Part shown: positions 38,010 to 53,028 of the stretch, piece after piece
How positions within the stretch are numbered: position 1 is the stretch's first letter
Layout of the letters: each line of letters starts with the position of its first letter
Origin: Octopus sinensis
Taxonomy: Eukaryota
Direction: 5' to 3'
Assembly (NCBI RefSeq): GCF_006345805.1
Contig: NC_043012.1
Location: forward strand, 13,020,001-13,084,000
Length of the DNA: 64,000 bases
Notes under the pieces: model-generated
Database searches by the model: none
The model's input: the letters and a program-made list of their open reading frames with translations, nothing else
What the model was told of the DNA's origin: nothing
Position numbers and translations under genes: made by a program

Positions 38010-39520
38010 ATCCTTACAGGAGGAAGCAGAGCAGATGCCAAAAGTTATAGGCCTAAGTCTCTGACTTCATGCATCAGTAAAGTCATGGAACAAATTGTCA
38101 AAAAACCAATCGCATTCGTTGATGAAATCGGTTTTTGAGTTATACCCAGCATGATTTTCAACCATGTGTCAGATGCTGCCTGCTACATTGCTAAACATAA
38201 TGACGTAGGAGCTGTGTCTGGCGCTGTCTGACACAGCTTCTAAATCACTATGTTTGGCTGTTGAAGCAGTTATTCGACAATTCAAATGTAGACGAAATAT
38301 ACCTTGATTTTTAAAAGTTTTTGATAAGGTTGATCATTCCATGATATGCCACAAACTGCGCGAACTTGTCATAGGTGGAAAATCTGGAGAGTGGTTTCTA
38401 TCTTTCAGGCAGTGGTGGCCAATGGAGCCACCTCAAGGGAAACACAAATAGTGAGTGGTGTTACACAGAACAGTTTTAGGACCACTGCTTTTCATAGAGA
38501 CACTTTCAGATATGCCCTCAGCTGATTGGATAGCCACCCTAGCTAGTTAGGTAGAGGACACGAAAGCTTCACAGAAATACAAAACTCTAGCGATGGTGTA
38601 CGCCCACAAAAGCGGATGGACATAATTTTTAGATGGGCTGAGTACAATGATATGCAGTTAAATGCTTTAACATTACAAGCCGTCTAATAAGCACCCAAAA
38701 TTGAACGAAAAACATACAGGGTACACTGGCCCAGAGGGTATTACAATCTCAGAATCTAAATCAGTCCGTGACCCGGGTATCGACATGACTGATGACACCT
38801 CTTTACAAGTGGACATTACCAAGATGGGGACAAAGTGAAGACGTCTGGCTGGATGAATCCTGACAACCTTCAGAACCAGAGAAGGAAATCATGATGGTCG
38901 TCTGGAGGACATTCGTCCACAGCTGCCTTGACTATTGCTCCCAACTAGTGCCACACGACAGTGTAACATTAACAGCGGACCTTGAAGTAATCCAGGGAAG
39001 CTACAGAAAGGATTTGCTCCCATTGCAACAGCTTAGTTACTGGGAAAGGTTGAAACAGCTAAGTCTCTACATCTTGAAGCGAAAGCAGGAAAGATATGCA
39101 GTGATATACATTTGGAAGATCCTAGAAGGGAGTCTATCAAATTTTGGCATTGAAATTTATACAAATGCCAGAACTGGTCGCCACTGCACAATGCAAAATA
39201 TCCCAACAATGTCGTCGGGTTTCAGGGCCAGTTGCTGCAACAGCCTGGGTTTCAAGAGCCAACATCTTTTTAATATTCTCCGAAAAACCCTGAGGAACTT
39301 ACACAAATTGGATCTATTCCTGTCGAGAATCCCAGATGAATATACATTGCAGCAGGAGGCGCAAATGAAGGCTGCAACATAAAACACCATTATACACCAA
39401 ATGCCACATATTAGAGGAGGTTCTCAACAATAACAGTCCAGCAAACCGGCGGTGCCCCATCATTACCGCAGCTTCAAGCAAAAACCTATGAAAGGTAAAA
39501 ACGACACCCACAATTTAAAT
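38010..39520 (+). mobile_element. Old CR1/L2-group LINE relic (RT to 3' end)
   Basis: GGSRADAKSYRP.SLTSCISKVME, IYLDF*KVFDKVDH, VWRTFVHSCLDYCSQL, LSYWERLKQLSLY..RKQERY.VIYIWKILEG; many stops. Confidence 0.88.
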
Positions 39521-39681
39521 CATTTGATTGTTAAAGGGAACAACTCTCAGAGGTAGAACACCATTTCACTATGGAATTATATTGGTGTGATACATGCACA
39601 TGTACATGTGTGCATACATGTACGTATACATGTGTGATGTATGTATACATGTGTAAATATGTGTGAAGTATGTATACATGG

Positions 39682-39930
39682 TGGAGGTGCGTGGCTTAGT
39701 GATTAGGGTTTCAGCATCATGATCGTAAGAATGTGGTTTCGATTCCTAGACTTGGCGACGCGTTGTGTTCTTGAGCAAAACATTTCATTTCACGTTGCTC
39801 CAGTCCAATCAACTGGCAAAAATGAGTAACGCTGCAATGGACTGGCATCCCGTCCAGCTGGGGAATACATACACCAGAGAAACCGGGAAACGGGGCCCAT
39901 GAGTCTGGATAGGCTTTAAAAGGGCGCATT
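39682..39930 (+). mobile_element. SINE with family-I head and alternative tail
   Basis: Head and core as in 14202-14531; tail GGACTGGCATCCCGTCCAG..GAAACCGGGAAAC. Confidence 0.82.
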
Positions 39931-40713
39931 TATTGTTATTTCTATGTATACGTGTGCAAATATGTATAAACACCACATACCCACACGTGTATATATTTTC
40001 TGCCTCATATGTGCCCATATATTTGCGTATGCATCCCTCATTATCATCATCGTCATCGTTTAGCGTGCACATGGAAAATGGACATTTTGAGACAATGATT
40101 ATGATAATGGGCGCATGGGCGGATGTGTGAATGCACGTGAGCTGGAGAGGATATTTATGTATGTGCATGTGTGTGTATAATGTATGAATATAAATATGTG
40201 TCTTACACTTGTTTCTGGGATATATCAAATTATGGGATATTCCTTCATCAGAAATGAATAGGGAAAGAATAAGGAAAATGAGAAGGGTATATATTAATGA
40301 AATGACGACATAGAGAAAGGGAGTAAAGGTGTAAGGAGATGAAGAGAGAGAAGAAAAAAAGAGGCGTAAACTTTCATAGTTCCACTTTCCGTTGTTGTAG
40401 AAACAAGTGCATAAATCCATAGGGTATAACCTAGGAGCCCTAGTAATACATTACAGCTCTTACGTAACATACCTAATCGTTTAGATCATCTTTGAATTAA
40501 ACCCCCATACATTATATATGTTAAACTATATGTATACAGATACACATATATGATGGCTGCCCCATCGTCCTCGAGTATGGCCATTGCATGAAGCTTAACT
40601 GTTATTGGTGCTGAGATCGAATGTGACTCTTATTTGGTTTTTAAGGCTACAGCCAGCGATTCAGTTGAGACTCACAGCACTATCAACAATCATGAACAAT
40701 GTTGGTATATATA

Positions 40714-40806
<93 letters not shown>

Positions 40807-41379
40807 CGGAGAGAGCAATGTATATATTATTGTTATTATGATATATAGGAAAGTAAATATTTGAGTTAGCATGATCTCCCCACCTCTCCCCCCAAACCAA
40901 AATATATATAATCAAACACTTCTATCAACAAACATTTTTTTACCAAATGACATATATATTATACTTCATTAACTGCACCACCGCAGTCACATATTAGAAC
41001 ATCGATAATTACTGAGAGAAACAATTTTGAAAAACATCTGATCATTAGATTTCTGACGGAACGTCAAATATTCAAATGGCTTCACAAAACGCTCATTTAA
41101 CACTTCACCACCTCCCAAATTCACCACCAATCAAGTATCTGGTGTTGACCCTTCACTACTTACAGCTATCATTCATCAACATTCTTTCCCTTCCACGCTA
41201 ATTAACAAACAAAAACACCACCCCACCCCACCCCAAAGTTCTCTAAATAAGTTGACAAAAATTTATTTAAAAAATATTTCCCACGCATCCTTTTCCAAGT
41301 ATTTTTTATCTCAAGAATTACGATGCACACTCTTCTTCTATCTCTACTATCTCTACTTTGTCTACCTCTCTCCCTCTCT

Positions 41380-41900
41380 TGTTCTTCGTCCTTTCTGGTT
41401 TTCTCTCCCACCCTTCCCTATTCTTCTCCTCTCCTCTTCACCATTCCCTCTCTCCACTCTTCCTCCTTGACTCTCTCGTCGCTGACACATGACGAAAGAA
41501 AAAATATATTTCTGCCCATTTCCTTCCTAAAGGCAACACGTGCTTACACCTGTCTCCTCTCATAAGCTCGTCCTCCTCGCGTTCATAATAATTTTCTATC
41601 GTCTTCACTTACAACCCTCACCGTTTAATTTTTACTGTCTTCTTCTCACTGTCCTGTTTTTGTTACCACTGTCACTCTCCGCAATAAATCCCGAATTTTA
41701 TTTAATTTGCTTCGTAGGAAGGACTGTTTCAATGAAGTCGCGTATTGACCTTGCCTCCGACGCGGAGTAGATGAAACAGGGACAACTGATGAAGGGGAAT
41801 ATTCTTTATGTTGCATGTCTCGTTTCTCTGTTTGCTTTTTTTTTTCGTTGTTCGAAAAAGTTCGTTTCTGTTTTCGTTTAAGACGTTTTTTGATATCCTG
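41380..41900 (+). mobile_element. Dispersed ~550-bp repeat, copy 2
   Basis: Colinear with 9650-10200. Confidence 0.7.
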
Positions 41901-41940
41901 TACCCATATATGCATGTATATATACATATATATGTAGGTA

Positions 41941-42002
<62 letters not shown>

Positions 42003-42099
42003 GAGAGAGAGAGAGAGAGAGTTATAGATAAATATAAAGATTATAAATAGACTATCACATGCATACATACATACATGTACACATACATACATACATGCA

Positions 42100-42132
<33 letters not shown>

Positions 42133-42133
<1 letters not shown>

Positions 42134-42523
42134 GGCTGCTGTGAATACCTCCTCCAGACACTTGATGTAGGCCTCCGTGCTGAGTTTGAGGCCATGTGGG
42201 AAGATGAATAAAGGTATAACGTTGCCATCACTAGTGATCACTCTAAACACCATAATGTTGACTGAATGTTTTATTTTTATCTCACTCGGTACACGTCCTT
42301 ACATTGCGCTGTCCTCAGATTGACACCCCAAAACTCGGAAATGTTCGTATTGGAGCCACCGGCGTCAATGCCAAGCAGTTCAGCATGTCGTTTCCAAATT
42401 TCGGGCAGAATGAATTGTACAATGAACTGACCCTTCTGACGTGTGTAGACGACACAATCAAATACAATGCGCTTGCATGAAATTGAAAATATAAAATGGT
42501 GACAATTTACACCTCACACCCTG
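42133..42523 (-). mobile_element. Internally deleted Tc1/mariner-superfamily element
   Basis: TA|CAGGGTGT end at 42523; MVFRVITSDGNVIPLFIFPHGLKLSTEAYIKCLEEV catalytic-domain segment. Confidence 0.82.
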
Positions 42524-42964
42524 TACATTTGTACACAGAGAGAGCGAATGTAATAAGTAGATAGACTGATGATAGATTGAAATATCTCTCACTAACCTAC
42601 TGAAATGGTTTTCTCATAGTTGTATGTAAACAAACATATAGTAGTGTTTTAAACGGCATAACAGCTGCATTACAGATCTATCCGTAGAAAAGACATTCTT
42701 ATGCACAATAAAATATACATTAGTATATAAAAAAATAATGGTATTTGTTATTATCGATCTAGTAGATTTCCTAGTGTATCAAAATTTGTCATGGAGAAAT
42801 TTAGCGATAGCAAAGGTACCAACCTACATATCATGAAATATAAGTCAAGGTTGCCGCTATGGAATACGAGAAACACCGTCATAATTTGGTTTACATGTAT
42901 AAGCGTTTGAAGGTTGTATATTCAATTTGTAATCCCTGAGTATTGTGCGTCCACCACTAAATAT

Positions 42965-43300
42965 TGAGATCCCCTTTGGTCATGACTGACCACGGGATTG
43001 CACCTAGAAAGTTACCATCCCAGACACAAGTCCGTGCAAGGTTGTTTATGGAAGACAAGAAGTCGCCAATGCATACTGGCCTCCCCTCTCCACATCACTG
43101 ATGTTATCCAAAAGAAAGGCAACAGCAGATACAGCTTGGCATCTATGACGTCGCAACTCATTTCTACAGCTGAGTGAACTGGAGCAACGTGAAATAAAAT
43201 GTCTTGCTCAAGAACACAACACGCAGCCCGGTCCGGAATTCGAACTCAGAACCTCACGATCGTAAGATCGACGCCCTAACCACTGAGCTATTCGCCTTCC
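42965..43300 (-). mobile_element. tRNA-derived SINE (CORE-like body, distinct tail)
   Basis: TAGCTCAGTGG A box, GAGTTCGAATTCC B box, TGTGTTCTTGAGCAAGACA core. Confidence 0.85.
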
Positions 43301-44452
43301 CATGCGTCCACCACAATCTAATAGATAATAATGAATGCTATTCAAACATGCATAACGCTATCACCGGAATTGCACCTGCACAAAGTCAAGCTACGTAATT
43401 TACATATAATTCCCTAATACTATATTCGAATTCCACATGGATGAAGATACACTGCAAATAATTCTTATCTTAACTTTTAATCAAAGGCTTAGTGATTGGT
43501 TGATTGATGACGTCCTCATCTTATAAATGCATTCTTATAAATTGTTAATGAAGGTATGTCTATATATTGATTGTTGGGCGCATCTGTACTCTTTTGTGTA
43601 AATATATGTTTAGAATACAAACATGAAATTAACTGAAAAGCGTGACATTGTTATTCACTGGTGCAGTCTTATTAGACTGTCACTTCCAAACATAAAACAT
43701 TTAATAATAGACACATAGCACACACATTTAGTTTGGCCTACTTCTTTCTTTCTTCGTATGTAGGCAGATTTAATGAACCAGACTTGACGAAATACATGCT
43801 AATTAAAATCAGTTCTGAATCTTACATTTGCTGTTATCATACGTTACAAAGGAATACCAGATTTGACGGCATGGTAGAGTCAAAATAAAAGAAAAGAAAA
43901 TTAATGATTTTTTCTGTTAAATATGTCTATAGAATAAGGATTAATATATAGACATACGTATATCAAAGTTTATGCATATATAAGTTAAGGACGCTGTCTA
44001 TCACGAAGTCTTTCATCATAGGCGAAAATTAAAATTATTTGCAGTGTTTCTTCTTCATTCATGTTGAATTCTAATATAACAGTTGGGAATCACATTGAAA
44101 TTACGATGCTTCACTTTGTGCAGGTGCACTCCCGGTGATAGCGCTCGAATACAAGGTTCGATTTAATAGCGAGACCTTTGTGGCGTATGACTTAAACTGT
44201 GCGTCAGTTTGCACCAGGTTTTATGAGCGAAAGTACGTAGATGTGAATTGTGTAGGAAGCCATCGGAAGGAATGTATTTGCAATTCAAATGGTCCTCTTT
44301 TTATTGTAGGATAACGTCAGGAGATAATGATATGGTACTTACAAACGGTGCCTAACTGACCCAACTGTACTGTGTAATCGACGAAATCAAAAACAAACTA
44401 TGCGCATTAGAAATAGAAAATGGTGACTATTTACTCATCGCTCCCAGTATGG

Positions 44453-44506
<54 letters not shown>

Positions 44507-45172
44507 GAAATGAAGAAAATGCTGACAAAATAATTTAGTAATTTAAGTAATTTAATTAGGTGAAAGCTCTTTTTACCGGTTGCGCATTTGTTATGCTTAT
44601 CAAAAGATTAGAGTTCCTTTCTGATAGATTTTTTCCTCTTATATATATATATATATATATTTTCCTCTTATATATATATATATTCCTTTGTGTGTGTGTG
44701 TGTGTGTATGCGTGCGCCCCTAAATGTGCATGCTTGTGCGTGTGTGATACAGGTTTCATAGCCGAGGGTCAAGTCTTTGGCCTAGTGTATTTCCCTATAG
44801 AACTGTCAGGTCAGCAGCAATACTCTGTTCGGCTCAAGTGCCAGAGTAACGTGCGTATATATATGTAAGTCCGTATTTGTGTGTGTGTGGATGTGTTTGA
44901 TAGTGTATGTCATCCATAAATAAACTTTATGGTAATATTCAAAATTGAATTAACGTATTTCTGTTTCCTTTCGCCAATGGCTACCAATTCTGCTACATTA
45001 ATTAGGAAACTAAATTTTTAACGAACTTTTTTAAAAACTCAACATATTTCAAAGAATTTGGCAATTAAGAAAATATGTTTTTCGTAAAATTTACTTCATT
45101 AATGGCATCACTTTTTAAATACGCATTGCCTTCAACAATTGCCTACATTTTATGGTGTGTGTATGTCTATGT

Positions 45173-45243
<71 letters not shown>

Positions 45244-45746
45244 TGTGTGTGTGTGCGTGTCAATGTGTGTGTCAGTGTGTTTGTGTTTCTGTGTGTATGT
45301 GTATATGTACATATATCTTCTGCTGAAAGACAACTTTCCATTACATACATACAGAATTTTAAAACATTTCGCTGAATCAGTTGTTTTTACTCCTATTTTC
45401 TGATTTCAAAGTTTATTTTCCTTCTCATTTAACTGTAAAACAACATATTTCTTTAAATTTACAAAAACTAAAACTTTAATGACACTGATAGAGTGGTGCA
45501 AGTTTGCAGAAACGTTAGTATGCCGGACAAAGTAGCCTAGCAGCTTTTCGTCTGCTTTTCCGTTCAGAGTGCAAATTACACCGTTCATCCTTCTTCGGAC
45601 AATAAAAAAAAATACTAGTTTAGTACCGGGTTGACCTACTCGACTAGGTCCCCACCATTACCACTGCTTGCAGTTTTCATGTCTTGCACCCTATAGTAAA
45701 AATATATAATCATTGCTAGAATTAATTAGTTCCATCGCATACATGA

Positions 45747-45917
45747 GGCGTAGGAGTGGCTGTGTGGTAAGTAGCTTGCTTACCAACCACATGGTTCCGG
45801 GTTCACTCCCACTGCGTAGCACTTTTTGCAAGTGTCTTCTACTATAGGATCGGGCCGACCACAGCCTTGTGAGTGGATTTGGTAGACGGAAACTGAACGA
45901 AGCCCGTCGTATATGTG

Positions 45918-45973
<56 letters not shown>

Positions 45974-46216
45974 ATAGATATGTGTGTGTGTTGTGTGTCT
46001 GTGTTTGTGTCTGTGTTTGCCCCCCTCCCCAACATCGCTTGACAACCGATGCTGGTGTGTTTACGTCCACGTAACTTTGCGGTTCGGCAAAAAGAGACCG
46101 ATAGAATAAGTACTAGGCTTACAAAGAATAAGTCCTGGGGTCGAATTGCTCGACTAAAGGCAGTGCTCTAGCATGGCCGCAGTCAAATGACTTAAACAAA
46201 TAAAAGAGTGAAGAGT
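45747..46216 (+). mobile_element. SINE family B, full length
   Basis: Head, internal microsatellite, CAACCGATGCTGGTGTG body, AAGAGT tail. Confidence 0.9.
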
Positions 46217-46328
46217 ATGGCATTTACAAAAACATGAAATACAAACACACCTAAACTACAATTTTATAATACAATTCATTCGAGAAAGCAAACATTTTGT
46301 AGGGTACACATTATATATATATGTTTTT

Positions 46329-46425
46329 TCATGTTGTCCATCATGTCGGAATTTAATCCAGAACATAGTGAGCTATACCAAATAAGAAAAGCATTTTGTC
46401 GTATATAATAAAATCTGAGACATAG

Positions 46426-46480
<55 letters not shown>

Positions 46481-46568
46481 ATCTTTTATTATATACGACA
46501 AAATACCTTTCTTATTTGGTATAGCTCACTATGTTCTGGATTAAGTTCCCCCATGATGGACAACGTGA
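46329..46568. repeat. Inverted repeat (85-bp arms) flanking a (TA)n core
   Basis: 46329-46413 is the reverse complement of 46484-46568 with few mismatches. Confidence 0.88.
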
Positions 46569-47279
46569 ACATTTGGAGTACCATTGGTAAACTCCCTGAA
46601 TCTCATATGGATGCAATTTTGAAATTCTGTTTTTATTTATTATTTATATTTTATCATATCATTGTTGTCTCAGAACATTTTTATCTCATCCTAAGTGGGT
46701 AAACACTTAAAGAGTTTATATACTATTGGTTTTCATTCCTTTTTTTTTATATATTTGATACTGTGAAAGTCCTAGCTCGTCAGCTGTCAATATTGTGGTA
46801 ATTGAAAGAAAATCGTTTAATTAACTGTAATCTTTAGGATCCTGAGTTGTATTAGCATTGACATCTGACAGAATAGAACAGTTTAAACATTCTTTACATC
46901 TCATTTAAATCCCTTAGCAAATTTATAGTTTCCTCCATATAGAGAGCATGTATATTTCTTTCTGCATGGACACAGGAGCTGAAGTTTTGCTTGAAGATGC
47001 TAGCCAATTATACTGAGTCCAGTGCTCAATTGGTAATTATTTTATTCACCCAAAGTATAAAAGACGAAGGCAACATTAGAGGAATTTAAACCAAGATTGT
47101 AAAACTGGAACAAATGTCGCTATGAATTTTGTTTGGTATGCTAACGATTCTGTTAGCGCGGCGCCTGTTGAGGATGTATAATATTAGTTTCAAATTTTCG
47201 GAAAAATTTCAGTATAGGACGCATGTAGATTATATTTGCCCCAGTGCTCAACTGGTACTTAATATTTGTTGCTATCAAT

Positions 47280-47678
47280 GTGGCGAACTGGCAGAGGCGT
47301 TAGCACGCCGGGCGAAATACTTAGCGGTATTCCGTCTGTCTTTACGTTCTGAGTTCAAATTCCGCCGAGGTCGACTTTGCCTTTCATCCTTTCGAGGTCG
47401 ATTAAATAAGTACCAGTTACGCACTGGGGGTCGATATAATCGACTTAATCGATTTGTCTGTCCTTGTTTGTCCTGTCTGTGTTTAGCCCCTTGTGGGTAA
47501 TAAAGAAATAAGTATTTCGTCTCTGTTTTCATTCTGAGTACAAATAACGCCGAGGTCAACTTTGCCTTTTATCATTTCGGGATCGCTAAATTTGGAGTAG
47601 TAACAGTTACGTACTAGGGTCGTACTGGGCCTCAACCTAAAAATTTCGAGTCGTGTGCTTAGAGTAGAAAAGAATATT
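47280..47678 (+). mobile_element. SINE family C: full copy followed by an older headless copy
   Basis: 47280-47515 young; 47511-47678 decayed repeat of the body. Confidence 0.85.
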
Positions 47679-48266
47679 TGTTAGTATCTATTGCTCAGTT
47701 TAACCTTTTTGTCATTGCATTATGTATTTTACTGTAGGGTGGTAACTGGCTACAGCATCAGATATGTGGCCTGTGCAATATTATTGGATGGCAATGTAGC
47801 TTATAATTTATTTAAATTGTTGGTTTTGTATTAATATCAGTAGCCTGTTAAGTTAACATACCTGTTATATTATCTAACTGGGTGGTGATTGTGTAGATAT
47901 TATGTTGAATTATGTTATTTTGTTGATTACTAAATGAATGCCTACTCATTTACGTTCTTAGTTAAGCAATGTTAAGCACGAACAAAATATATTTAATGCT
48001 ATTATATTCATATTTGTGTGTGAGAGTAATTGTAAACATCTATGGTCTGTCAATATTAGTTGACGTATGAATGGTGGCCAATAATTACTTTGCAGCTGTT
48101 TACAATAAAGTTTTCGGGAACTGGCGTATATATGTATCTTTATAAGCCTTATATACATACATACACGTATAATATATCTATATATATATATATATAATAT
48201 ATAGAGAGAAGAGGAGAGAGAGAGAGAGAGAGAGAGATGCGTAATATACATATGCATATATGTATA

Positions 48267-48317
<51 letters not shown>

Positions 48318-48320
48318 GAT

Positions 48321-48351
<31 letters not shown>

Positions 48352-48382
48352 GAGCATATATATACATATGCATATATATATA

Positions 48383-48426
<44 letters not shown>

Positions 48427-48430
48427 CACA

Positions 48431-48593
48431 GACGCAGGAGTGGCTGTGTGGTAAGTAGATTGCTTACCAACACATGTTCCGGGTTCAGTCCCACTGCGTG
48501 GCACTTTGGGCAAGTGTCTTCTACTATACCCTCGGGCCGACCAAAGCTTTGTGAGTTGATTTGGTAGACGGAAACAGAAGGAAGCCTGTCTTG

Positions 48594-48594
<1 letters not shown>
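48431..48594 (+). mobile_element. SINE family B, head half only
   Basis: Matches 45747-45910. Confidence 0.88.
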
Positions 48595-48627
<33 letters not shown>

Positions 48628-50327
48628 TTATTTATTATTTCCTACAATATACTCACAGTTGAATGAAGTTGATACTTAATTTTCAACAGTTTTCGGGTTC
48701 TTTATTTCGATATTTGTAAAGCACAAATGGCAAATTGTTCCCGTAAATTAGAACACCCATAAGGTGGCATGAAGGGGAACAACTACGGCAATTAATTTTG
48801 TCTTGAAATCAGTTGTCATGATTCGATATTATTGATGAAATGATAAACCATATCGAACAGATGCTGTGCAATAGACTGCACCGATTCCTATATACTATTG
48901 ATAGTTGCAGGAAGGGGAATTGGATTCGATCACTTCGCTAGTATGTACCATAATGTATTTATTCAAAATTCACTCTCCCTCAGGAATGTAATCCACACAT
49001 GTTCAATTCATAATTGATATGAACCAGAACATCCCTGATACAAAGAGCAAAATATTAATTATTCTTATGAACTGACATTATTTTCCAGCTATACGATTTG
49101 AGTTCTCTAGAATTTCTAGATAGTATATTCTTTGTTCCATTTAACAATAAATAAATAGACAGATTTGGCTGAGGTGAAAACAGATCTGTCAAATGCAGCA
49201 AAGTAATATACTATAACCGTTGTGCTGTGGGAGTGATTTACTTACGTGATTATCTCGAAGACAATTTCTTGTTGATATGGAAGAAATAAAAAATATATAT
49301 ATAATGTATGTTAAAAACACACATGGCTGGAATGAATAGGCTAAAAACTGATGTTGAATTCAATATACGGATAAATACTACATATATAAACATATATAAA
49401 AATATCGATTAGATCATTCCTTGAGGAACAGCGCAACACGTAGCTTCAATGCGTTCGAATGTCAATCTCAGTGAAATAATGTACTAGAGGACTTGAAGTA
49501 CGTCGTTTGCCTGTTTTCATCTTGAGTTCAAGTTTAGTGCTTCAGTAGACTTTACCTGTCATCCTACAGCCATTGATGTTTTCTGATTATAAGCTGCATC
49601 TGATTCAATCGAAGCTGCCGCTACTGCTTCTGATATTATTACTAATAACGTTATTGCATCATGATATAATACCATCTAATGTAAGACGCCATTCTTTCCC
49701 AGCATTTATTTTCGAACATCAATGTCATTATATTCCATTTCAGTCCACAAACATGAATGTCAATCACATTATATTAATTTCTAACTTGACCACGACTGGT
49801 AAATTGCGTAGACGTACGGCGATTCTTTCGTTAAATAACATATTTTATTATACAGACACCAGATCAAACACAGATTCAAACACAAATAAAAAGAGACAGC
49901 AAAACACGTCTTTAACTGAGTCCGCCATCGTAATGTAGGAAGTCATAACAATGACATTTTTACACAGCTTCATAAATTAAAATTTGTCCTCTTAGTAGTA
50001 GATTTAACACTGATTAGACGATCTATGCTCTTCAAATTTTCAACCAAGGCTCAAGCACATTATCAAAGCTGTTGCTTCAAACCAATGTCAACATCTCCAG
50101 CAAGTTTGAGAGGAAATGTAGAATTCACTCCTTGTTTGAGTTTTCCGAAGCAGCTATTAGTCATAGGTATATATACATAAAAGCACACATATGTAACATG
50201 CCATTATAAACATATATATATATATTCAATAAGGATTTTGTGAGGGATATATACCAAAATAGAATATTTACTTGGTATATATATATATATATATATATAT
50301 ATAGCAGAGATAGATTGAGAGAGAGAA

Positions 50328-50445
50328 GCAGAGGTGTGGCTCTGTGATAAGAAGCTTGCATCCTACCCAAGTGTCTCCTACGATAGCCTCGGGCAGACCA
50401 ACGGGTTGCGTATTTGGTAACGTAAACTGAAAAAAGCGCGCTGTT
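50328..50445 (+). mobile_element. SINE family B head, decayed with deletion
   Basis: GTGGCTCTGTGATAAGAAGCTTGC..CAAGTGTCTCCTAC.ATAGCCTCGGGC.GACCAA. Confidence 0.75.
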
Positions 50446-50488
50446 ATAATATATATGTGTAGTATGTACATATATATGTATATATATA

Positions 50489-50538
<50 letters not shown>

Positions 50539-50679
50539 TCGCGTACGCTGCGTCTTACCTCCCTTTGTCAGTCATTAGGTATAGTGCTTTAGTGGCTTTA
50601 TAGTTAATTTAAATCTTTTTTAGCACAAGCGTGGCTTTCATCACCCTCTGCCTCTTTTTAACCTCTATTATGTATTTAC

Positions 50680-50710
<31 letters not shown>

Positions 50711-51080
50711 ATATATTATATATATATATATATATATAATATGCGTGTATATATATATATTATACACACACATATATATAGTGTATATATATATATAAAT
50801 ACACACACATATATATATAGTGTATATATATATATATTTATATATTATATATATATATACTATAAGTGGCTGAAGATTGCTCGAATTTTAAACTGATATA
50901 ATACTTCAGTGTTTAATAAATGAAGTAGCATGAAACAATTGTACTACTCTACCTTGGATATACTTGTTGCTTATTTTGGTTATAATCACCTCATTTGATT
51001 TATATGGATACTACATACAAAATTCTGGTGGCCTGTAACTTAAGTACCATATTCATCTGAATCTAAATTTTGCTGAACTT

Positions 51081-51125
<45 letters not shown>

Positions 51126-51156
51126 TAGATATATATATATATATATATTATATATA

Positions 51157-51194
<38 letters not shown>

Positions 51195-51429
51195 TGGTGT
51201 ATAAATATATGCTTATATGAATACTTACATGCACATATACACAGATGCATACACACGCTCGTATATGGTTTGGATCAAGATCGTAGAAGTATCTTGCGGA
51301 TACACGCTATTCCAAGATATTCCTAGCGCACCTGATACGGTTACAAAGTTTTCATTAGATTAAATATATTTCCAGAAAATTTGAATTTATAACGTAAATT
51401 ACGAAATTAATGATTTATTACTTTACAAA

Positions 51430-51760
51430 AACTTTACATTTTCATATGCCGTTATTTGGCAGCCCACTCCTAATTTGTTTCATAGACCACGTTCTATTTC
51501 TCATTTATTTTCCATCTGAACTATTAAATTCTTTATCCCAAATGTGTCGCCCAGTACTAAAATTGTTTTCTTTTCTTTATCTGAAACAATCGCACGCTTC
51601 ACTCCCTTGGGCAACCAAATCTACTGAAAATATCAGTTTTAATATCATTCCTATTCTCAATGAGACAGGACTTAACCAGATTTTCTCGACTACATTATAT
51701 TCATATTAAATCCAGCCAATTCTGCAGCTTCTGTGCACCTGCCGTACATATCAGTGAATC
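51430..51760 (-). mobile_element. Possible LTR-retrotransposon integrase relic
   Basis: KTDIFSRFGCPRE then, frameshifted, IVSD...FGIKNL and EIERGL; resembles the rve core IFSRFG.P..IVSD..F..GI..ER. Heavily decayed. Confidence 0.4.
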
Positions 51761-51930
51761 ATAATCAAATAACAATTCGTCATAAATGTATGATCATCTC
51801 AAGAGAGCAAAGCAATTGAATATTTTCTTATATCGTAAGTAGATTTATGAAACAGATTCTTAAATACCTAAACATAATACATTTATATATGCACATGCAG
51901 ACACAGACATACACAAACACACACACACAA

Positions 51931-52009
<79 letters not shown>

Positions 52010-52094
52010 AGGATGAAAAGGAACACACGAGTTGATATACATGAAAAAATAAGTTAAAATAGAAAATGCTAAAATAATTTTATAAAGAACATTT

Positions 52095-52132
52095 CAGTAC
52101 CGGTTTCAGTCATTTTGAGACCTTTTCAACTG
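52095..52132 (-). ncRNA. Hammerhead ribozyme, U3-A8 core variant (family D)
   Basis: CAG-UUGAAAA-GGUC-UCAAAAU-GACU-GAAA-CCGG-UA-CUG. Confidence 0.72.
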
Positions 52133-52996
52133 TAACGATTAAATAATTAAATTTAGAAAAATTAAAAGACACCATCCTCCAAAACATACCCCTGCTAAAA
52201 AAAGACCACAGAATGAACACAATCCTCCAAACACACACGATCATAAAAAGCAAGAGACAGCCTAAATCTATGAAAAGTCTCCTAACACAAGCCCGAATAC
52301 ACTCTTCAACACAGACGCCGACAGTAAAAAAATGTGGAAGACCCAATTGCGGGATATGTGATTATCTAATCGAGGGATCAGAGTTCTCCTTCAAACAGGG
52401 ACAACGGTAAAAAGCAACTTCACATGTGATTCGGAGAACCTGATATACACACTAACCTGCTCTGGGTGTCAAGAGCAGTACATAGGCCAAACGAAAAATA
52501 GTTTGCGTAAAAGAATGGTCCTGCACAGATCCCAGATAAAAATTCCCCAAAACAGAAAAATAACATTCAGCCAACACATAGTTACTTGCGCCAACAACAA
52601 AATACCAAACTTCAGGATTTCCCCCTCTACCATTTCAGGAACGATACAAACTCGAACCAACCAATAAGTAAAGAAACTCTCTTTATTACAAAATATAAGC
52701 CCATTCTGAACGGGTCTACGACAAACGAAATATACACCTCGGCTTTAGAATAACAGAAATCCACACGCAAATATTACATTCCTAAGAATCCATTACAAAT
52801 CAGCCCCAATCACAGCTATAACCCATAACGTGCCAACTTTAAGTCATACAACACCTCACTCCTTCCACTCATTCATATTCTCCCTCCTCTTTCTTCTTCT
52901 TCTTCTTCTTCCCCCTCTTCTTCATCATCATTATCATCATCAGCATCATCATCATTATCTACTTCCTCTTCTTCTTCTTCAGCATCACCAACATCG

Positions 52997-53028
<32 letters not shown>

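Noticed and set aside
41778-41810. CTGATGA core motif
   Set aside because: No stem II, GAAA or NUH in the required order.
46335-46375. Hammerhead-like GGA-loop-TCC-AGAAC-ATA-GT in the 46.3-kb inverted repeat
   Set aside because: Both arms lack CUGANGA and GAAA; too degenerate to call.
49573-49938. 121-aa plus-strand ORF; opposite strand has ATGGCGGAC and a CAG|GTAAAG donor
   Set aside because: The peptide is unrecognisable, and the minus-strand ATG frame stops after 26 codons.
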